Shown: in pieces, positions 1 through 6,635 of the stretch | Position numbering within the stretch: position 1 is the stretch's first letter | Layout: each line of letters begins with the position of its first letter | Virus record (IMG/VR): IMGVR_UViG_3300036836_000011 | Span: 1 to 46,719 of that record | DNA length: 46,719 nt | Origin: a virus | Taxonomy: Duplodnaviria > Caudoviricetes | Direction: 5' to 3' (one strand) | Translations under genes and position numbers: made by a program | The notes under the pieces: model-generated | The model's input: the letters and a program-made list of their open reading frames with translations, nothing else | The model's database searches: none | What the model was told of the DNA's origin: nothing

Positions 1-189
1 TGCCCCGTGCAGGTTTGCCCCGCCCAATTTTGCCCCGTGCAGGTTTGCCCCGAACAGGTTTGCCTCGCGCAGGTCTGCCCTGCGCAGGTTTGCCCCGAAC
101 AGGTCTGCCCCGTGCAGGTTTGCCCCGAACAGGTTCTCTGCATCCACGGTTTTAATGATGTCGCCGCTTAAATTTTTGATTTCGATCAT
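1..189 (-). CDS. Pentapeptide-repeat protein, 5' part (runs off the left end; continues at 46719)
   Basis: ATG at 189 with SD-like GAGGG; reads [45 protein letters not shown]..., an A(N/D)Lxx repeat. Confidence 0.85.
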   Translation of the reverse strand, partial: MIEIKNLSGDIIKTVDAENLFGANLHGADLFGANLRRADLREANLFGANLHGAKLGGANLHGA

Positions 190-204
190 TGTGGTGCCCT
201 CATG

Positions 205-256
205 AAAATAAAAGTGCGGGGATAGTGGCGGCCCCAGACCGCTCTTCCTTCCCCGC
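205..256 (-). terminator. Irregular hairpin with U-tract (terminator/attenuator or processing site)
   Basis: GCGGGGA/TCCCCGC outer stem, GCGGTC/GGCCGC inner stem, then CTTTTATTTT on the minus strand. Confidence 0.55.
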
Positions 257-264
257 TAGGGTTC

Positions 265-501
265 CTAAGCTCCCTGCACTTCCTGCCGCCAGGCGCGGGC
301 GCGGCGCAGCAAGGCGCGGGCCAGCGCTTTGTGGTCGTCGGTGGTGTAGAAATCCTGAGGATTGATCGCGCGAGAACGATGATCGGCAGCGGCGGCCAGG
401 TCAACGTGAACGCCGCGCAGGTTCGGACGGCAATTGCGGCTGAACACGAAATCGATCACATCGCTGTGGGAGAGGCCGAGCTTGATATGCTTGCGTGCCA
501 T
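265..501 (-). CDS. Hypothetical early protein (MARKHIKLG...)
   Basis: ATG at 501 with AAAGGG SD; first gene after the strong promoter and leader. Confidence 0.6.
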   Translation of the reverse strand: MARKHIKLGLSHSDVIDFVFSRNCRPNLRGVHVDLAAAADHRSRAINPQDFYTTDDHKALARALLRRARAWRQEVQGA

Positions 502-527
502 GATGGTGTGCCCTTTGGCTGGTTGCT

Positions 528-641
528 GCGGCGGAGATGGGAGGAACAGAGCACGGGGCTTACGGTCTCGTTGCGATTGGGGTAGCACCTGACCGGTTTG
601 ACTGGCCGCCTTGTCTGTTCCTTCCGTCTCCGCCGCCGATG
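528..641 (-). ncRNA. Candidate structured leader RNA
   Basis: GCGGCGGAGA-C-GG-A-AGGAACAGA pairs with TCTGTTCCT-C-CC-A-TCTCCGCCGC; inner CGGTC/GACCG stem; starts just after the predicted TSS. Confidence 0.45.
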
Positions 642-647
642 ACTGAG

Positions 648-695
648 ATATAGGCTAAGCTAATGCTGTCGTCAATAGCAAAATGATATTAAAAT
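648..695 (-). promoter_or_regulatory. Sigma70-type promoter with AT-rich upstream box
   Basis: TTGAC (675-671), 17-nt spacer, CTATAT (653-648); matches the alphaproteobacterial RpoD consensus. Confidence 0.75.
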
Positions 696-2674
696 AATAG
701 TGCCTCAGCTCGCTCGACATACCATCGGCGATCTAATCCGGATAGGTCACCATCCCATTGATTTTTGACGACAATCGGCCAAGCATGCTTGCTACGATTG
801 TGCTCTTCGAACATGGCCTTGAGCAGGAAGTGCTCACCGCATGTGTTGCAACGATATCCCGATTTCCGGTCACCGGTTGCCTGTGCCTGTCCTTCGGCGT
901 GAATGCCGATGCGCCGTTCCTCGGTTTTCCCCTTCAGCGGCGGCATGAGTTTCACCAACGGTTCGCCGTGCTGCGCGATGTAATAGCGGATGGTCTTGCC
1001 GAGCACGGTTCCGCTGTTGCCCAGAATCAGCCGCGATTGCCCGGTCACCTTGGCGCGCAGCAGGAAATCATAGGGATCGCTGTGGTGGGTGATGAAATCG
1101 GCCGGGTCTTGGTCATCGAGGAACGCGGCTTCGGCCGCCTTGGGCACCACCAACGCACTGAAATCCCGGTTCCAGGCTTTCTGGCCGCCGGTCGAGCCGG
1201 ACAGCATTTCCCAGTCATATTCGCCTTTGCGCTTGACCTTGCCCTTGGTGTCGCGCGCCAGATAGTTGTTGCAGTCGCGCAGGCACATCAGCTCGTATTC
1301 GGCAAATTCCAGCTCCAAGCAGGTCTGCCGCTGCCACCAGGCGCAGACCTCATGCATGAAATCGAACTGTGACCGGGGTAGATGGACGGTCAGACCATCG
1401 GTGTTCATCTGCAACAGCGTCAGGCCGGGCACGCGCAGCAGCGCCTCGGCAAGCACGCACTGCAAGAGCTGACCGTTTAGCGTGATGCCGAGCATGCATT
1501 GCGGGTCATAGAGCACGCTGTGCTTCGAGCCGGTCTTACCGAAGGTGCCGTTCGTCGCGAGCTTCAGCGTTCCGGCTTTGACCGTATCACCAGCCTTTTT
1601 AGCCGCTGCGCGATCATCCCTAATCTCACGATAGATATCGCAAAATATTGGACCAATATGGGCAGGGTAAATCCGGTTAACAATGGCAAGACTAGGATAA
1701 TATCCAGTAACGTCAATATCCAGAATAATATGAGTGGCATCTGATCTGACCACTCGTTTGTTAACGCTACCATGGATGCCGCCTTGTCCGATGTCGAAAG
1801 TAAACCCATCGAGATTTACTTGGAATTTATAAGCGTTCTTTGTCTCGGTGCCCTGGACGCGGGTGTCCTTCAACTGCTCAAGCAGCCGGCGCAGCTCCGG
1901 CCGCTCAAACTGCACATAGGGGACGATCACATCCGCGAGGTTGATCACTGAGCGCCAGGTCTGCGGCTTGCGCCCCTCGCGGTCCGGGCGCGTGATGCCC
2001 GGCTTGGCGGCTTCGAGCTTCTGGATAAAGAAACGCTCACCGATTTTCGTGTCGGCCCAGTTGAGGCATTCCGGTCCGAACGTCCCGGCTTCCACCAGGC
2101 TCTCACGGAACCGCACCGCGTCGGCGCAGAGATGGGCAAAGCGCCGCGTCTCGCGCACATCGTTGATGTTGTAGCCGATGACGGCCGGTATCTCATGCGC
2201 CTGGACGATGTGACCGATCGGGAAGGGCATCTCTTCCAGCGATGGCGACTGGATGTTGAATTCCAGCGTCTTCAGGCTGGTGATTTTCGCCTTGTTGTCG
2301 AAGTGGTTGACGAGCATGAGGTCAACCTGTTCGGCCAGCATCTCGCGGCGGTGGATGTGGTTCATCCAGCCCTGCTCACTGGCGATAAGCTGCTGCGCGT
2401 GATCGAACAGCCGCTGCGTCAGCTCGCCGGCCGGCATCGCCCATCCATGTCTATCGAGTAAGCCCACCATGTAATGCAACAGTGGGTAATCGAATGACAT
2501 TGAATTATAGCCGTACATGCGAGTAAAAATGCGCTGCTTTAGATCGTTGGCAAGCGCGGGAGCATCGTTTCGACGCTCGCTTACTTCATAAATCCAGCAG
2601 CGATCATCGTGATAGTCCATGACCACGCAGGTGAATAGGTTCGGAAATGTTTCCAGGTCATAGACTACGTGCAT
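689..2674 (-). CDS. Family-B-type phage DNA polymerase with 3'-5' exonuclease
   Basis: Exo motifs YDLETF and GYNSMSFD; motif A DIDVTGYYPS; motif B KLATNGTFGK; motif C NTDG; likely start MHVVYD at 2674. Confidence 0.9.
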   Translation of the reverse strand: MHVVYDLETFPNLFTCVVMDYHDDRCWIYEVSERRNDAPALANDLKQRIFTRMYGYNSMSFDYPLLHYMVGLLDRHGWAMPAGELTQRLFDHAQQLIASEQGWMNHIHRREMLAEQVDLMLVNHFDNKAKITSLKTLEFNIQSPSLEEMPFPIGHIVQAHEIPAVIGYNINDVRETRRFAHLCADAVRFRESLVEAGTFGPECLNWADTKIGERFFIQKLEAAKPGITRPDREGRKPQTWRSVINLADVIVPYVQFERPELRRLLEQLKDTRVQGTETKNAYKFQVNLDGFTFDIGQGGIHGSVNKRVVRSDATHIILDIDVTGYYPSLAIVNRIYPAHIGPIFCDIYREIRDDRAAAKKAGDTVKAGTLKLATNGTFGKTGSKHSVLYDPQCMLGITLNGQLLQCVLAEALLRVPGLTLLQMNTDGLTVHLPRSQFDFMHEVCAWWQRQTCLELEFAEYELMCLRDCNNYLARDTKGKVKRKGEYDWEMLSGSTGGQKAWNRDFSALVVPKAAEAAFLDDQDPADFITHHSDPYDFLLRAKVTGQSRLILGNSGTVLGKTIRYYIAQHGEPLVKLMPPLKGKTEERRIGIHAEGQAQATGDRKSGYRCNTCGEHFLLKAMFEEHNRSKHAWPIVVKNQWDGDLSGLDRRWYVERAEALLF

Positions 2675-2958
2675 CTCTTCACCATCCCCCGCAACATCTG
2701 CGCCACGCGCAGCAGCCCGGCCTCTTCCTCCGGGTCTGCAACTTTCAGGTCTTCCAGGTGCTCGGCCGCCGTGATCAGATCGACGCGGCGGCGCTCGCGC
2801 ATATATGCCACCCACGCCTCCCGGACGACGCTGGCTTCCTCGGGCGTCTCATAGCTGCCAAGGTAGACCTCGCGCTTACCGATCTTCCCCCGCGCGTGGA
2901 AACGGCCCCCAGGCGTGCTGCGCACGCCCAGGAACCGGGTTGCTTTCTCCCCGCCCAC
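2665..2958 (-). CDS. Stand-alone AP2-like DNA-binding protein
   Basis: FLGVR..GRFHARGKIGKREVYLGSYETPEEA, an AP2 beta-sheet/helix signature. Confidence 0.7.
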   Translation of the reverse strand: MGGEKATRFLGVRSTPGGRFHARGKIGKREVYLGSYETPEEASVVREAWVAYMRERRRVDLITAAEHLEDLKVADPEEEAGLLRVAQMLRGMVKRCT

Positions 2959-2960
2959 GG

Positions 2961-4106
2961 CTAGCCGATGCGCGGCGGCTGCCCTGCGGCGAACCCTGTG
3001 GCCGGCTGGATGCCAGGCGGCGGGTTGCCGGGACCATACGGGCTACCATGGGATGCAGTCCCCATCTGCCCACCAGGAGCCACCGAGGGGACACCGGGCG
3101 TGGGATACCCGCCAGCCTGCGCAGCCGGGGCGGCGGCAGGCGCGACCGGCGGTGGCGGAGGGGGCGGCGGTGCGTCCGGGACATACTGCCCCGTCTGCGG
3201 GTTCCAGCGCCAGCCGGGATGGTGCTGCACCCCGAAACGCGCGGCGACCTGCTCGGCTGTCTCGTGGACCGGCGGCGGCGCGGGCGGCTGCATGCCGGGG
3301 GCAGCGCCGGCCATGCCGGGCTGCGGGTATGCCGGGGCAGCCTGCGCCTGCTGGTTATAGTGGCCAGGTTGCGCCGCAGTGCCGACAGACGGCACGCCAG
3401 TCGCCGCGATCGTCGCAGGTGACGTAACCATCGGTTGGATCGCAGGCGCAGGGTTCCCGTTTCCCATCATCTGCGAGCCCGCCGGGGGCTGATGAGTGTG
3501 ACCGCTATAGCCGGCATTCACGGGTGCGCCGAACATCGCATTCGGGTCGGCGCTGAGCTGGATGCGCTCGCCCTCTTCGAGCCAGCGCAGGCCGCGCGGG
3601 TTGACGAACACACCGGCGGTATTGCCCACCTCGCCGTTGATCTCGATCGACACATAGGCGTCCACCCAATCCCCGAGCTTGAACGCCTTGGGGTCGAGCT
3701 GCCGGTTAGCGCCATCGAAACATGGGATGTCGAAGCCGGATTTCATCTCGATGATGAAGGAACCGGCGCACCCCGGGCGACCCTTCCACTTCGGGTCGGT
3801 GTCGCCATCGTGCAGACGCCACGCAAACGCCGTGGCGGCGAGCCCCTGCTGCATCTGCGCAATCACACCGCCCGAACCAGCAACGCCCTGATAGGTCTGC
3901 CACGCGTGAGCCATGATTTTGTTCACCACCTCGCTGGTTGCCGGGTTGCTTTTCGGCATGGCCAGCGCGATCCAGTAATGGTGCTTGCGCTCTTCCATCG
4001 GCTGATTCTTGTGGTCGGTGGTGGTCTTCTCGGTGAGGCTGCCGCGCACCCACCGGGATTTCGGCAGCAGCATCTCGACTGCCGGATATCGAACTTTTGC
4101 GTTCAT
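2961..4106 (-). CDS. Single-stranded DNA-binding protein (gp2.5/DUF2815-like) with long Pro/Gln/Ala-rich tail
   Basis: OB-like core (..GDWVDAYVSIE..GVFVNPRGL..GERI..MFG); position in replication operon. Confidence 0.7.
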   Translation of the reverse strand: MNAKVRYPAVEMLLPKSRWVRGSLTEKTTTDHKNQPMEERKHHYWIALAMPKSNPATSEVVNKIMAHAWQTYQGVAGSGGVIAQMQQGLAATAFAWRLHDGDTDPKWKGRPGCAGSFIIEMKSGFDIPCFDGANRQLDPKAFKLGDWVDAYVSIEINGEVGNTAGVFVNPRGLRWLEEGERIQLSADPNAMFGAPVNAGYSGHTHQPPAGSQMMGNGNPAPAIQPMVTSPATIAATGVPSVGTAAQPGHYNQQAQAAPAYPQPGMAGAAPGMQPPAPPPVHETAEQVAARFGVQHHPGWRWNPQTGQYVPDAPPPPPPPPVAPAAAPAAQAGGYPTPGVPSVAPGGQMGTASHGSPYGPGNPPPGIQPATGFAAGQPPRIG

Positions 4107-4136
4107 GCTCTAGTACACCCTTGAGGTTAGAGGTAG
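4103..4136. repeat. 34-bp direct repeat, copy 1 (SSB translation-initiation region)
   Basis: TCATGCTCTAGTACACCCTTGAGGTTAGAGGTAG, identical to 4479-4512. Confidence 0.95.
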
Positions 4137-4137
4137 C

Positions 4138-4482
4138 TTATTTCACGTGTTCGATGGCCTTGTCGGCACTCTGGGTGCGCCAATCGGGCCATGTGTGCGC
4201 TTCATTGCGCGTCTGCTTGCCGACGATCATCGCGCACGCGATCTCAGCGACCATTTGTGGGTTGGCACGCACGCCATTGCAGTAGGCGAGGCGGCGCGTC
4301 AGCCCGTCAAGGGCCAGGATCACCACGTCGACCCATTCGGAAGCCTCGCCGCCCGCAGCGATAACTTCGTCCAGTTCCTTGCGGATATGGTCTGCTACTC
4401 CCGCCGTGCGCTCGCCGGGGCCGAACGTGGCGTGGCTGAAAGCCATTTGTCTGATGAGGTGCTGCTTCAGATCAAAAGTCAT
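4138..4482 (-). CDS. DUF550-family dATP/dGTP pyrophosphohydrolase (MazG-like fold)
   Basis: FS.ATFGPG.R..GV.DHIRKEL.E...EWVDVVILALDG...KQ..NE...WPDWR....KAIEHV family pattern. Confidence 0.85.
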   Translation of the reverse strand: MTFDLKQHLIRQMAFSHATFGPGERTAGVADHIRKELDEVIAAGGEASEWVDVVILALDGLTRRLAYCNGVRANPQMVAEIACAMIVGKQTRNEAHTWPDWRTQSADKAIEHVK

Positions 4483-4512
4483 GCTCTAGTACACCCTTGA
4501 GGTTAGAGGTAG
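4479..4512. repeat. 34-bp direct repeat, copy 2
   Basis: Identical to 4103-4136. Confidence 0.95.
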
Positions 4513-4513
4513 A

Positions 4514-4774
4514 TTAGGCGAAACAGCCGCAAACAACCAATCGGCAGAACGCCTCTTCAATGATGCCGTTTTCGAGGTTGACTTCGAACGCATCAAGTTT
4601 TCCAGCGTTGATTGCTTCACTAAGAGCAATCACCGGATCATCCTCGCTGATACCTTCCTCACCATCATACTTTCCGGCCGAAGCCATGACAGTGCTGTAA
4701 TACTCGGAACCCTCAGCAATGCGGAAAAATTTAATGTCTACAGGATATTTTTCCCAGACCAGCAATGTGTTCAT
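4514..4774 (-). CDS. Hypothetical acidic protein
   Basis: ORF coupled (ATGA overlap) to the upstream nuclease gene; more AT-rich than flanks. Confidence 0.65.
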   Translation of the reverse strand: MNTLLVWEKYPVDIKFFRIAEGSEYYSTVMASAGKYDGEEGISEDDPVIALSEAINAGKLDAFEVNLENGIIEEAFCRLVVCGCFA

Positions 4775-5871
4775 ATCCTCGCCTTCCCAAACATCTTCTC
4801 TGCGTAAGCTTCTGGATTATTTGACAGTTTCCATCCGCTGTTCGGACGTTCCGTGACTTTCGCGATTAGTTCCTTGTCAATCCCCTTCCTTTCCAGCTCG
4901 GCTGGCGTGCACAGTGTTTCCTTGATCACCGCCGGGCCGAACATCAGCCGCACGCGCTCCGGCGGCAGCGTGAACCGGCGGTTCCCCTTGCTCGGTTCCT
5001 TGACATAGCCGGGGATCATCTGCCCCCGGCCGATGCGCGCCAGCGCCTCCGCCTCGATGGCCTTGCGCCTGGCGCTCACCAGCTTCTCAGCCTGCTCAAG
5101 GAAGCGCAGCTCGGCGGCCAGCTCCTCGACGGTGTGATCGTGCATCCGGGCTTCGGTCACACGTTCGGCAGCACCATAGACCGCGCTGGCGTTCCCGTAG
5201 CAGCTCGTGGCCGCTGGGCATTTCCGGCATTGGTCGCCCGGCTTGGCGGTCGGACTATCGACGCATTCCCGAGCGGTCAGATGCAGCCATTGTGCCCAGC
5301 TCTCGACCTCGGCGGCCGGGATGCGCCAGACACGCGCGGGGCCGTCCGGGTGATGCGGGCGCGGCTGGTAAATGTGCAGCTCGATGTCGAGATCACGCCC
5401 CTGCGCCGCCGCGATGCCATAGCAGAGCATCGCCCAATTGTGCTTCGCCTCGACGGGCTTCCAACCGTATTTCAGATCGAACACACGCACCGTGAAGATG
5501 CTGTCTGCCGTGGATGTGATGTCGAGCCGGCCCCGGATGAGCCCCCACAGCTCGATGGTGCGCTCGGTGGCGCTGACCGGGCCGAAGCCGCAGACATATT
5601 CGACGTAGCCCGCGACGTGATGCGCCATCTCCTCATCGATCACCCATCCGTTGGCGTGACGCATGCCGGGGAGGTAGCGCGGGGACTCCACCTCCCCGGT
5701 CAGCAGAAGCTCAGCCGCCCAATGCGCACATTCACCCTCGCGCGCCGCGTCGCTGTCGGACGTGGATGGGGATGCTTCGAGAGGAGAGGTAGCGTGATAC
5801 TGACCGGTGGTGATGGAATGGCCAGCCAGCGAACACACGCACCACAGATGAGCATCGGACGGTCTGAGCAT
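4771..5871 (-). CDS. DUF2800 / Cas4-like PD-(D/E)XK exonuclease
   Basis: LRPS.A..W..C, AREG..AH, GRLD, VFDLKYG, IYQPR, PGDQCRKCPA; start MLRPSD with AAGGA SD. Confidence 0.85.
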   Translation of the reverse strand: MLRPSDAHLWCVCSLAGHSITTGQYHATSPLEASPSTSDSDAAREGECAHWAAELLLTGEVESPRYLPGMRHANGWVIDEEMAHHVAGYVEYVCGFGPVSATERTIELWGLIRGRLDITSTADSIFTVRVFDLKYGWKPVEAKHNWAMLCYGIAAAQGRDLDIELHIYQPRPHHPDGPARVWRIPAAEVESWAQWLHLTARECVDSPTAKPGDQCRKCPAATSCYGNASAVYGAAERVTEARMHDHTVEELAAELRFLEQAEKLVSARRKAIEAEALARIGRGQMIPGYVKEPSKGNRRFTLPPERVRLMFGPAVIKETLCTPAELERKGIDKELIAKVTERPNSGWKLSNNPEAYAEKMFGKARI

Positions 5872-5881
5872 TGCTGGTTCC

Positions 5882-6556
5882 TTAGCGATAGTCGCCCATG
5901 AACTGATAGACGGCGGTGCGGCGAACCGGATCGGCGGCATAGTCCGCCGCGTTGGCTACCGGGTGAGCGTTCCAATTGGCGATGATGTACTGCTCATGCT
6001 CGGGGCCGACGCGTCCACGCTGCACCAGGTCAAGCCAGCGGTTCGTGAAATCTTCCATGCCGGGGCAGCCGGGCGGGGGAGGTGTGATCGCCGCGCTTGC
6101 ACCATTTGAGCCCGCAACCGGTGGCGCGGGGAAGGCCGCATTGGATGCAGCGTTTGGGGATACCGCGATGAACTGTGCCTCATAGGCATCGGCCGCCGCC
6201 TTGTCGTGACCGCGCCGACGCTTCCACGTGCCGTCCGGGTTCAGGCCGCCATTGCTGCTCTTCAGCGCGGCGTGGTGATCGGGGTGATGTGGGACGCCCC
6301 GATTATCCTTCGGCGTGGTGGATGCAGTGGCAGGCGTGGGCGAAGTTGAAGGCGCGGCAGCGGGGACATTCGCGGGTTCCTTCGGGCCGTCCGCTGCAAC
6401 CGGCGGCATGACCGGGGGGAGGCTGCGGGTTACCTCTTCGATGTCGGAGCGGACACCTTCCCGACGCTCAGCCACCAGGGCGCAATAGGCCATGGTCAGC
6501 GCGCGAGCCATCTCGCCATCCAGGTCATTGAATGTGAGGCTGATTTTTTCCTGCAT
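5882..6556 (-). CDS. Conserved replication-module hypothetical protein
   Basis: D.RGVP...HH......NPDGTWKRRRG motif between Pro/Ala-rich linkers; start MQEKIS. Confidence 0.65.
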   Translation of the reverse strand: MQEKISLTFNDLDGEMARALTMAYCALVAERREGVRSDIEEVTRSLPPVMPPVAADGPKEPANVPAAAPSTSPTPATASTTPKDNRGVPHHPDHHAALKSSNGGLNPDGTWKRRRGHDKAAADAYEAQFIAVSPNAASNAAFPAPPVAGSNGASAAITPPPPGCPGMEDFTNRWLDLVQRGRVGPEHEQYIIANWNAHPVANAADYAADPVRRTAVYQFMGDYR

Positions 6557-6606
6557 TGCTTCTTTCCCGTGTTTGTGAGAATGTTTGTTACGATTTGTGA
6601 ATTGAG

Positions 6607-6635
6607 GGATAGCATGGCACTGAGGGATTATCAAG
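6607..6635 (-). promoter_or_regulatory. Leftward promoter of the replication operon
   Basis: CTTGAT-N17-CTATCC at the divergent junction. Confidence 0.45.

Noticed and set aside
671-695. 25-bp repeat as attL/attR of a prophage
   Set aside because: No integrase; phage genes continue on both sides; the repeat contains a -35 element
2675-2815. N-terminal extension of the polymerase in the ORF track
   Set aside because: Overlaps the AP2 gene; the exonuclease motif and SD support a start at 2674
4138-4482. Z-genome (2-aminoadenine) system
   Set aside because: No PurZ, DatZ or family-A DpoZ recognised; DUF550 alone is not sufficient
4771-5871. Cas4 as evidence of CRISPR-Cas
   Set aside because: Solo DUF2800/Cas4-like nucleases are routine phage replication genes; no array or other cas genes
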